Shown here: one piece after another, positions 25,646-36,562 of the stretch
How the letters are laid out: every line of letters starts with the position of its first letter
How positions within the stretch are numbered: position 1 is the first letter of the stretch
Assembly (NCBI GenBank): GCA_973895155.1
Contig: OZ316897.1
Span: 16,784,058 to 16,848,057 of the forward strand
Direction of reading: 5' to 3'
Length of the DNA stretch: 64,000 nucleotides
Origin: Marsupella aquatica
Lineage: Eukaryota > Plantae > Marchantiophyta
Made by a program: the position numbers and the translations under genes
Notes under the pieces: generated by a model
Database searches by the model: none
The model's input: the letters and a program-made list of their open reading frames with translations, nothing else
Told to the model about the DNA's origin: nothing

Positions 25646-28194
25646 TGTGCGACAAAGTATAGGGTCATTTAAATGGTTTTGGCGGAAGACTTATTAAGTC
25701 TTCTATGGAAATATAGGGTTGTTTAATTGCAAAATGCATACATGTCATCACATGATTGGTGCCGTACAACTTTCTAGAAAGTGACTTAGGGGGTCATAAA
25801 TGACCCAAACCGTCGCACGTGATGTATGACCCTTCATATAGTGACCCCCCCGAGGGTCCTTCACCAAGGAGGCAACAATTGTTCATTAATTTCTTTGCTT
25901 GCATGCCTTTTGCTCTTTGCTGTTCTGTAGAGATAAATAGTTAGCTGCAGTAACTATGGGTCTATCTGACCTCACTGCATATTCTAAGATCCTTTTGTTT
26001 GATACAGTTGCAGATGGACAAGCAAGGCTCATTTTGCACTCTCAACAAGGCAAAGATTGAGAAAATGTGGGGCCTCTGTGCGGGATCTTATGTTTATGAA
26101 GGCTGTGGTCTGTTGCTGAAACATGGCCGACCTTGTGCACTGGGGAAGCACAAATGCAAACTCATGAGACATAATCTTGAGTCTCCACTGGGTCCTCACT
26201 CTAGGGGCCGAGAGGAGCATGCTTGTTGTGAAGACGGGAGTGGTACATACATGTACTGTTTTGCTATCCAAGTGGGTGATCTTGTCATCCAAGTAAATGA
26301 AGCTCATGGGTCAAAGTTGATGAGGGTTTGTGGTGCGTCCCATGGCTCCCTAAACCCAAGAAACCCCCCAGCTCAAGCCGATTCCCGCAGGTTTCGCGCT
26401 TGGCGAGGCCGTTTCCGCGGCTTAGCGGCATGGGACGCTGCTAACCTTCTACTACTACTGTTAACATTTTACACACATATACTGGACAGATCCTTCATCG
26501 GGTCATGAGATACGTAGCCGGCCTAATCTAGGCCTTCCCTTGTCTTCCCCTCCGTCTTGTTAGGTATGTTTAGATTCCGCCGCCGGAATGATCCCCAATA
26601 GGCTTGGTTAAGCCGCTAAGACCTCTCTCAGCTCGACACATCCAACTCTCACTCCCCTGCTTACTTTCCTTCCTTTTGGTTGATGTGGGCACTCTTCACA
26701 CAAGTTAATGCGGCACACAAATAACAAAATGACTCATTCTGACTGAGTCATACCATGCACTTGCCATACAAACAGTACATCTCATACATAAGCTCTGCGA
26801 ACTAAGCCGTGAGGCCAACTCTATTCAGCTCTTAGGCATGAGGAAACATGAATATACACAAGGGTCACTGTATGACTAACCGAGAGCTTCTCGTACTACT
26901 TGATCCCAGCCCGGCTGGTGCAAACTAAAAACTTGCTAAAGAAGAGGCCCTGAGCTCCCCGCTGCCCAGGTACTTATCCTGGTAGTGGATCCGCCATTCT
27001 TTGCATCGTAAGCCTAATCTACCTAACAGTAATCTACTTGCCCGAATCTACCTATGTACAACAAGGCAGGAGCACAAGTGTTGCTCCTACCAGTGGAACC
27101 GCAATCCCACTAAGCTAAGTGTCAGGGCCGCTCCTGGTCCTGATCCTAATCCTAAACTTGGAGATCAGCGCCCGCCCTGCCCACTCACGCCTCCTCTCTC
27201 CACGTCCGCCCTCCCTAAAAGGAACGGCGCCCTTGCACCGTCACGACACCGGTGGAGGATCCTTAATGGACGCCCCCAATGCTTCCTCCTCAGCCACTGC
27301 CGTAGGTTCATTCTTTGACAAATTACCTGCCCTTGACTGAGTCAAATCTCCATCGGCCTGACTGGGTCCACCATCGGCGTCGGAATAGAGTTTGTTTCTT
27401 GAGTTGGAACGGATTTTGGGATCCATGGATCCCGATTGGTATTCAGATGTTGATTTTTCGGCGCGGGTGTTTGACAAGGGCAAATTTGGAAGGTTGAATA
27501 CCATTTTGTATTCACCCCGACTTTTGGCTGAGTTGTTTTGGAACTTGGGAAATAAAACAAGATCCATGGATCCCTGTTGGTATTCATACCTCTAATTTCT
27601 TAGATGGAGGTTAGTGGTTGGGAAATAACGGTCTACAATATATCTAGCCATCTGCTTGGGTTAACTTAACTGACTGCGTTAGTCGACCGTGGTCGCTAGT
27701 AAATTTTCTGCAGTACGTAGTTTTACTTTTGGTAAATATTCAAATCTAGTTGAATCGGTATGGTAACTTAAGGCGCCAAATGATCAACTTAGCTTGTTTT
27801 TGTTTAATTTTAGTGGGATGAATCTGAAACGGGATACGACGTATCCCATTTTGGTTTGAATGATTTGTTCATCAAATGGAGATTTGTAGTATTGACGGTT
27901 TTCCTGGGAAATTGATTTAGCGTGCGGAAATAGGACTTGAAAATCATTGTTTTATGGGTAATCTGTTTGAAAAGTTTTTTCAGGATAAATTGTTCTAAAA
28001 TCAAAGATTTTGATGATTTGCCATTTTTTGTCAAAAAGTATCTTGATTTGGAATCCGATGTTGGATCCAATTTTGCATTCATCCAAGAATTTGTGTTTTT
28101 GATATCAATTTAAGATATTTTTCGCCGTTTTTTGCCAAAATCAAAACACACTTCTCACTTGGTCGTCACACTTCTCGTTTGGTCGGTCATCGTG

Positions 28195-28860
28195 TTTAGG
28201 AGCATTTGGATCTAGTGTGGCAACTATGTTTGTACAATAAAACATACTCTGTGCTCCAAGATGACGCTCTGCAATGCTACCTTCCACCCTAGCGCGATTA
28301 GAGACATACAATTTCATCACTCCCATATAACGCTCTACCCAATATATCCATCGACAATGCACTGGGCCTGCAATTGCAACCTCACGCACTAAATGTATGA
28401 GAAAATGAACTTGACCATCAAAAAATGAGGAAGGGAGTGCCTTCTCCAACTTGCACACAACCTTTACTCCAAATGTCTCCATTGCGGCAATGTCATCCTC
28501 CCTTACCTCCTTTTTGACATACCCATCTCAAAAGCTTGCCCAATGACCAAAGGGCATCACGAAGTTTCTCACTGCCCAATCCAATAATTGCAACTGGAAT
28601 GACATGTTCAAGCAACCGATGAAAATCATGTGTTTTCAAGTAAGATGGCCATTTTGGAGAATCATCTTTGCCAAATGCTTTGCGGAGATTTGCCCCATAA
28701 CCTGTGGGAAACCTCATTGATCCGATACGTTTGCAAAACTCAGTGCACTCTACCCTACTCAAAATCCAAGGAGGATGGATGTTGGGGGGGATCACCAGGG
28801 GGTCCAAAGATGGCCAAAACCAAGAAGACCATGTATCCCCATTTCCTCACAACTTTCTGT
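28195..28860 (-). pseudogene. Fragment of a third CACTA TnpD transposase (DUF4218 region), frameshifted
   Basis: MRFPTGYGANL...LKTHDFHRLL and LEKALPSSFFDGQVHFLIHLV...GPVHCRWIYWVERYM...NRARVEGSIAE, in two frames. Confidence 0.85.
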
Positions 28861-29161
28861 CCAATTGTGGTTCTTCTCCCCATATAGATGTGTCAAGAGT
28901 GGGACTGGGGTCGACCTATTGGGCCATCAGAGAGGGAGTTAGCAAAGAGGGATGGACCCAAGCTCTTAAGCTCCACCTTGAGGAGGAGTTGGTAGAGGTA
29001 ATTGGTGTTGAATTGGCCCTATATAGGTTCAAAGTTTTTAATTGTGCCTGGTCAATATTAGAGAGCTTTCAAGGAACTATGTTTTCAAATGCAATTTAAC
29101 CCTACTTATGTATTGTGTAGGATGAGGAGACAGGGTCTGATGAGGGAGAGGAGGGTGAGGG

Positions 29162-29212
29162 TGTCACCTGCTTATCAAACGATTTATATGACAAATATGT
29201 ATTTCTTCCTAC
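29162..29212 (-). mobile_element. First 51 bp of an older gypsy LTR related to the LTR at 49693, split by CACTA-2
   Basis: TGTCACCTGCTTATCAAACGATTTATATG vs TGTCACTTGCCTCTCCAACGGTTAATACG; homology resumes after CACTA-2 at ~47010. Confidence 0.75.
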
Positions 29213-29241
29213 CACTAGTAGAAACCGGGGCAATTTAGACC
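29213..29241 (+). repeat. CACTA-2 left TIR
   Basis: CACTAGTAGAAACCGGGGCAATTTAGACC. Confidence 0.9.
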
Positions 29242-29564
29242 AAACCTTATAGGACTAAGGCCACTAAGTCCTTTTTGGCAACCTTAAATGACTCGAAACC
29301 ATTGCCACGGTTCACATGAACACTACAAAAGACTGTGAGTGCTTTTTGGTTTTGGATAAGACTATGAAAAGTACCCTTCTTTGTGAATGTATGAACACTC
29401 TAGCACATGATGGGTTGTAGGGTTTAGTTGTGGGCTTTAATTTGATAATGGGCATATGGGGGGGGCACAATTCATTTGACGACCTCTTTACCAACATCCC
29501 GCTAACTTGAACACGGACAAACGGCGTAAATGTTGAAATTCCCTAATTTTGAATATACTCCATA

Positions 29565-30060
29565 GTGGGTTTGGGGGGGTTTAGGGCTCAAGGGTGGGCC
29601 AGTTACATGCGAAGGGTGTGGGGGTTCACCACTAAAGGGGTTTAGGGGGGTTTATATGCCAAGGGTGGGCCGGTTAGGTCTCAAGGGGGTGGGGGTCAGT
29701 AAAGGGGGTTTAGGGTCAGAGAACACTCAATTGAAATAGTGACGCAGCGATTTAGGGTAAACAAACAGGGACCGTGGACCCTAACTTGTTTGCTGCCTTG
29801 GGAGGATTTGGAGAGCTGGAGGCAACATGCTTCATTGATCCTGAGCTTGCAAGCGGCGCTCTAAAACGGCCCGTGGCATTGCAAAAACAGTCTGGCCACA
29901 GTCGAGTTGTCAAGACATTTAGGGGGTTTATATGTCAAGGTGTGGGGGTGGCTGAGTTTTCACTAAAGGGGGTTTAGGGGGGGTTTATATGTCAAGGGTG
30001 GAGGGTTGAGATGTCAAGGGTGGGGGGTTTAGGGTTAAGGGGATGGGGGGTTTAGGGACC
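29565..30060 (+). repeat. G-rich subterminal array with telomere-like TTTAGGG motifs
   Basis: At least 7 TTTAGGG heptamers embedded in G-runs, plus a repeated GGGGTTTATATG(T/C)CAAGGGTG unit. Confidence 0.8.
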
Positions 30061-33000
30061 ATTGGATGGAGTCCATCGATCCCCACCATCAAAAAGTCGC
30101 ATATTGGAAGTTTACTCAGCTGGGCTATACTTTGAGAGGGCCGAGTAGTCATGACTTAGCACTAGTTTTTTAGGGGCTAGACAAGGCTTGGAGTGTAATT
30201 AATTTAGACACTTGAAGTAGAGGGAATGGGGGCCTGGGGCTAACATGAAACCTGCATATTGATGGTCGAGATCACTCAAGGCAATCTCTTTTCATCCGGA
30301 TGGCTGAGATCACTCTAGGGGCTGCCATGTCATAGTAAGGTTGGCGCCAAACGGCTCTTTGCACCCTTTTCACCCTCGCGCCTTTCAGTCGTGTTTTACT
30401 TTTCTCACAAAGTATCGAGGCTCAACGTTGAATGTTGCGGTTAGTGTCTGCCACTCAATGTTTAGGGCGAGAGGGTCAAGGGGTTTAGCAAGGTTGCGCT
30501 GCTGTTTTGCCTCAAGAGTGTGCAATCAAGGCTTCAATCAGGTCTCCAGGAGCTGCGGGAGCGCTGTGCAAAGTGTTGCGGGAGGATGTGCAATGTGTTG
30601 CGGGAGTGCTGTGCAATGTGTTGTTGCAGGAGTGCTACTGCGGGAGTGCTGCGCGGGAGTCTGAGCTCAGTGGGAGGGTTTAGGTTTGGCTGATCGATGT
30701 GCATTTACAATTGTGGATAGTAGTTTGCATTGGAGTTGCAAAGGAGCTCGCCAGAGTTGTGAAGGAGCAGGGTGTGGGAGTTGCGGGCTGCCATCGGCCC
30801 TCCTATTTTTCTTTTACTCCCACAGCGAGCTCCCGTATGAGCTCTTGTGTGAGCTTTGTTCAGCTGCGGTGGGTGCTGAGCTTATTTCCGTCGAGCTCAG
30901 TTGTGCTGTGCTGATTTTTGTCTAACAAAGCTCGGGGGAGGGTTGCCGGTTGGACGTTGGAGCTGCGCTTGTGATATTTTGGGGTTCGGGCAAAGGGCGG
31001 AGGGCGGAGGGCGAAGATCAAGCATTTTTGTTTTGCTAACGCTGCGTGGTGGAAACTGGACCTGCGAACTCCTTGTCTATGGTGTTGTGGAGCTGGGCGA
31101 GCTGCAACAAGGGACCGAGCCGGGCGACCTGTGAATTAAGGCCCATCGATCGCTGCTGAAGGTTTGATGTCCAGATTTCTTGCCTGTGAGTCCCCATGTT
31201 TGCAGTCTCTGTCCCAATCTCTTGCGCAGTGCTCGGCGTAGTGATTACACTTACTGTGATTGACCACCTTGCATGATCTACATCCGTGGGCTGGACCCCA
31301 AGAAGTAGATTTCGGCGGCTACTTGCGAAAGGGATTGAAGAGATTGGAGTGCTTGCTCTCTTTGTCCCTCCCCTTGAAATTGTGGGCCTTAAAAAGGTCA
31401 CTTGGCTTATGTAGTTTTGCTCCCCTCCGCTATGTCAATGCGCGCATGTCCGCTATGTCAATGCACATTTTTTCCCTCTTCTATGTCAGTCGCCGTTTGC
31501 CTATAATTGGACTGCTCATTTGATGTCCACTCGTCTGATGTAATGCTTCCCGTTGCCGCTGCTGAAGGTTTGATGTCCAGATTTCTTGCCAAACAAAAGT
31601 CCCCATGTTTGCAGTGTCTATCCCAGTCTCTTGCGCAGTGCTCGGCGTAGTGCCCATGATTCGATAGGGAACTGATTCATGAACTGTGACTACTTTTATG
31701 CTCTGCAATGTGAATATGTTGGCATTTGCTGCACTTGGTGTTGATAGTTTTTGTTAAAACTTCAATTTAAGTACGTGGGAGACAGACGGGAAGTCGGACG
31801 GGGAGGTAGAAGTGCACGGGAGACAGACGGGGAGACAGGAGGTAGCGAGCTATTGATTTGCGCCTTACATGACACCGCCCAACATTCACTTGCTACAAGG
31901 ACTCATCTTGGTGCACTTTGAGAATCTTCGTGCTGCAAGGTGAGACTCTTTCCTGGTTGTGAACTTATATATGCCCTCTCATAGTCTCGTTTAATATTGA
32001 GGAATGACTATATGCTTTCGTGACACGGCTCATCTGTCCATTTTTTACTGTGCACGGCTCATCTGTCCATTTTTTATAGCATGATTGACGTCAGCTGTGG
32101 CTTAGTCCACCTTCTTGTAACAAAGCAGGCGGTGATTGGACCAGACCGTGTACTTGGAGCTGCCCCTATCCAGCTGAAGGAGCGTCGAGCACTCTAAGGC
32201 AAGAGTTTCTCCTGCATTGTTACCTGGTTACAAGGTTACTCTAAGGCAAGAGTTTCTCCTGCATTGACAACTTTCCCATGCCACCTTCAATCAGTTTTCC
32301 TTTGCACCTTGGCTTGATCATTTCAAAAAACCTGTCACATTGAGCACGGAATCTATCGCCTAAGTTCAGCCTTTCAGCTTTTTTCCGGACTGTCACATAG
32401 CGAGTCGGTCGCGCTACCGGAAGTACTACCACTTTTACTATACGGTTCATCTCAGTGCCTTTTATGGAATGCTTTCTTGTTCTTCTACTCGGCATGGCAT
32501 CATCCTGATTGCCCGTCGCTGTGACCAGCAACGGAAAGCGTAGACTCGCGTTTGGATTCAGAGTCTAATCCAGAGTGTAAGGCTCTGAGCAGACCATAAT
32601 AGGAAGCCTGCCTGATTCTCTAGCCGATCCGACAGAGAGCCATCCTTGCAGAACCTGTTTGAGTGTGTTCCAGTGTTCTAGTGTTCAGCTTTCGAGTGGG
32701 TTTTGTTATGATTTGATTTGGTGATTGTTTTGGAGTTGTAGCCGTGGTCAAATGCATGTCTATTAAAAACAAATTCATGGAGCTCAGGTTGCTGCTGTAT
32801 ATAAACCGCAACAGGATCCAGAACTGCCTGCAGTCCCAGCAAATCATACATGCTACAGTCACAGGATAGGAGTTCAAGAAGTCTTCACAGTTTCTCATTT
32901 TTGTAGAATCTGAGATGTTGCTGGCCCAGGAGATGAGTTTCCCTTAAGAGTCAGGGACGTCAGCAGTGTGGGCCATGTAATACAGTTGAGAATGATGGCA

Positions 33001-33309
33001 AGTATAATTTGTTAATGGGTCCAATGCCATGTTTGTGAGCTATTGAGTTGGATAGGAGAAAAAAACCAAAACATTGTCGCAACTGCTTCCAGAACAATCA
33101 TTCATGGTTAGACTAAGCTTGGCTGAACACCCCTCGCTTGCATGGGGCGGACACAATGCGGAATAGGCTGTCATGGAGTTGTCGAATGGATCTTCAATTT
33201 TCATGATAAATGTCCCCGGGCGTCCGTCCTATGTGTAGATTTTATAGGGGATGATGGGCGAGGATCATCTTTCCCATCTTCCTAAAGCTTTGTCTGCTTT
33301 CTGCCACCT

Positions 33310-34280
33310 CAGTGGAGGTTCACTTGCACAACACGACAACCAGTGAGTTTTCTCTTTGCTGCAACCTGCAAGGTGAGACTTTTGATCTTTTTGGATGAAA
33401 AAACAGGATCCAAATATGATTTATGTACATGTCCATGGAGAACATGGTTTTATATACATGCTCTTTGTCTCAGGAACTTAGCATCAAATATGTACTATGC
33501 ACCTTTCATGCTATGTGTATATTGTGACCTGTAGTTGGAACCAATTTAGTGAGTGGGAGCTGATAAGTGCAGGTTGGTTGCTGTGGGCAAGGCAAGTCGA
33601 CCTCCTGCTCGCCTTGCTCATCAAAGGACGTGAACAGAGGACATCACAACAAAAGCAACATTTATGGTTAGGACCCGCAACGCTGAACATGTGTGGCTTG
33701 CACGCAAGGCAGAGATGTTGCGCCTTGAGTATGTCAGACTGGGGATTCTTCCAGCCCAATCTGCATGGTACTTTGAGTACTCTCACGGTTTGCTTATGGC
33801 CATTATTTGCAATTTGCTGCTACTAATATGTCTCCGACTGAGCAGCATACACCGGAAGTAAGCAATAGTGGAGGTTTAACTGCACATCAACACATCCAGT
33901 GAACTACCTCTCTGCTGCTCACTGGAGGGTGAGACTTTCACTCTTTCTGGATATTGTAGTTTGTAAGCAAGTTGATTAGGAGTGTTTCATGCTATGTTTA
34001 CATTGTGACCCCTAGCTGGAACCAATGGAATGACACAGTGAGTGGGAACTGATAATTTAAGGTTGGTTGCTGTTGGTGAGGCAAGTACAGCTCCTGCTCA
34101 CCTTGCTGATCGAAGGTGCTTATCAGAGGACGTGAACACACGACACTCCACAAAAGCAACACTTATGGTGAGGACCCGCAATGCTGAACATGTGCGGCTT
34201 GCACGCAAGGCAGAGATGTTGCGCCTTGAGTATGTCAGACTTGGGATCCTTCTAGCCCAGTCTGCATGGTACTTTGAGTA
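33310..34280 (+). repeat. Tandem duplication of a leader-exon plus ORF-start module (first copy truncated)
   Basis: AGTGGAGGTT...GGTGAGACTTT...CATGCTATG...ATGGT(T/G)AGGACCCGCAA...TACTTTGAGTAC at ~33310-33780 and ~33866-34281. Confidence 0.85.
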
Positions 34281-34614
34281 CCCAGTTGTTGCCAGGAATA
34301 ACTACAGCCGCCCTGTACCTGCTTCTCCACCCTTCCCAACATCCTTGGTATTTTTGTCTCTCGTACATGACCCGCCACAAATTAGGGCCCAAGGGTGTGT
34401 GCACAGTTGCCAGTATGACTGTCTTGCCTATAGGGCTTCTGGCCTAGAGTTGGATGACCGTTCTCTTGGATGTCGGTTTTTTCACAGAGCACAATGTATC
34501 ATCTGGAACCACTCGCCATCCTGCAGTGTGCCTGGCGATGTCACTTGTCCTGCCCTCCCAGACCCCACCACCGCTCACTTTGGTGTCTACACATGTTTGG
34601 ATCACACGCTGTAG
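34165..34614 (+). CDS. Small Cys/His-rich cargo protein (149 aa), possible degenerate PHD-like zinc finger
   Basis: Starts MVRTRNAEHVRLARKA; C-terminal CVHSCQYDC...CRFFHRAQC...YTCLDH. Its first ~39 codons are conserved in the duplicate at 33664. Confidence 0.45.
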   Translation: MVRTRNAEHVRLARKAEMLRLEYVRLGILLAQSAWYFEYPVVARNNYSRPVPASPPFPTSLVFLSLVHDPPQIRAQGCVHSCQYDCLAYRASGLELDDRSLGCRFFHRAQCIIWNHSPSCSVPGDVTCPALPDPTTAHFGVYTCLDHTL

Positions 34615-35283
34615 AAGACCACTTGTCACACCGCATGCACAGACCAGAGACCATTGACCTATAACTTAACACTTTGACTTGAACAGAGAGGATATTTACT
34701 TAAGATTTTGAATTATGAGCAATTTTGGGTCCAGGGTTTACGGTCAACAGTACATAACTTATCCTATTATGGCTGCACTAAGTACAATATCCTAATTTAA
34801 GAGGCTAGCAAGCTCACTTAAAAGTCTCCTTTCAAAGACTGGAATTAATGGGCCATGTGATAACCTGGAAAAAGTGATTTATGCCTAACTTATTTGTCTC
34901 ATTCACTATCATAGCCTATTTAGGATGTATAAATTACAACCCTGACCACACTGCTTGATACCAATCCTGTTCAAAAAATGCCTGTTTTACATGTCACGAC
35001 TGTTATATGTGATTCAAATGCATTAAATCTTGTTGCAGATCTCCTTTGGTGAATCATAGCCACAAAATTGAGGTGTAGGTGGAGCTATTATACGAGGGGA
35101 TCAGTTTTTAGTGTGGGCTCAACAAACCAAAAAGTATGTCTACTCTGCACATGTGTGTGAACATTTCATTGCAGTAGCAATTGCCACTCTAGTCTATATG
35201 CTACACTGTACTTTTTGTACACTGCACTAAATTGTATTGTCTGTGCACTCTACTAAATTGTACTATCTGTCTCAGGCGTAGGC

Positions 35284-35964
35284 ATGGCACGCCCTAAAAT
35301 CCGAGCCAAGAAGCGGGGGACAGAGGTGAGCAACACAGGTGTAGTTGGGCCAGATGGTAGTAACTTCTCCGCAAGTCAGATTTTCCAGAAGGCAGCTCAT
35401 TGTTGTGCCATTTGTGACGATGGTGGTGGCTTAGCCATATGTGAGGGCCCTTGCATGAGGCATTTCCACCTCAACCCGGAGTCTGACCTTGCTGCAGAAA
35501 ACAACTGTCCAGGGGTGGGCCTCCCGTCAGCACACCAGGGAGGCTGGATGTGCACTGATTGTTTGGAGAAGCAGGCTAAGTGTGCACAGTGTGGGAAGTT
35601 GGGGTCTTATGAGGGCTCTGTTGATGCTCCACCACTTGTTAGGAAATGCCCTGACAGATATTGTGTGAGGTTCTTTTGTTTTTCATGTTTGCCCGATCTT
35701 GCCACAGCTTGCCCACTTCATAAGTGCAAGGCATGTGGTCAGCACGATGAAGATTTCTGGGTGGACATAGTCCACTGTGTTAGGTGTCCCACCATGTGGC
35801 ACTTTCATTGTTTGAAGGAGCGTCAAGCAGAAGGCTATGCTTGTGACAGACACATCTATCATCACTCTGCACATGGTGTTGATCGATGGATCTTCTATTG
35901 TCATCGCCATGCTATAGATCCTACTTTGCACACTCCCATGAGAGATCACATTTCTTGGCTTTGA
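35284..35964 (+). CDS. CACTA-2 cargo gene: H3-tail-like N-terminus plus EDM2/NSD-type composite triple PHD cassette (226 aa)
   Basis: MARPKIRAKK...; CAICDDGGGLAICEGPCMRHFH...WMCTDC / CAQC...CPDRYCVRFFCFSC / CPLHKCKAC...CVRCPTMWHFHC...IFYCHRHAIDPTLHTPMRDHISW. Intact; splice acceptor TCTCAG lies 8 nt upstream of the ATG. Confidence 0.88.
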   Translation: MARPKIRAKKRGTEVSNTGVVGPDGSNFSASQIFQKAAHCCAICDDGGGLAICEGPCMRHFHLNPESDLAAENNCPGVGLPSAHQGGWMCTDCLEKQAKCAQCGKLGSYEGSVDAPPLVRKCPDRYCVRFFCFSCLPDLATACPLHKCKACGQHDEDFWVDIVHCVRCPTMWHFHCLKERQAEGYACDRHIYHHSAHGVDRWIFYCHRHAIDPTLHTPMRDHISWL

Positions 35965-36562
35965 ACCTGAATAATGTACATGCATAGTGCACCTGATGTG
36001 GATACCTTGGAGATTGCAGACATTCCAATTTTGAGAAGAAGGACCTCTGTAGGAGAGGATGCTTAGGCAACAAGTACCCTAAGTTCATTACTTGTTCCTG
36101 GGTACATGCCTTCAAAAACTCCCCTTAAGCCTTCTAGGAACTTTTTTAACTCTGCAATCATTTTGATCACGACTTACATGACACTGCTTAAATTAAATCA
36201 GGACTTCTCATTATGAGCATATAAGTTACAAGGCTATTTAATTTGCGAGAATTCCCTTAAAGTGTACCAACATTTTCTATTCTCATTGAATGTCTGCCCA
36301 TTTACAACATCTGTATGTGGCATCACAAAACAATTGCACTTGTCACCTTCAATATTGTCAAGGCACATATTCAAACTATGAGGTGCATGCTTGCAGGTGT
36401 CTAGTACGTTTGTCCCAATATTTCTCCCGTTTGGAATCGGAGCAGAGACTCACCAGACGACTGGACTGGACCAAGTTATAAACGCAGCATTTTAAGGGCC
36501 CTCCGATTATCAGGTGAACGCATTATCTTCCGGTCTGCAGTGATTAGGTGGCCCGTGTGTAC

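Noticed and set aside
24971-25672. ORFs and CRISPR-like periodicity in the AAGGAC/GTCCTT array
   Set aside because: Degenerate tandem repeat without unique spacers; eukaryotic context with no cas genes.
26330-28194. Probable further TE fragments (LTR-like 26330-27330; AT-rich block ending CATCGTG at the TnpD remnant)
   Set aside because: No paired termini, TSD or coding motif found to support a specific call.
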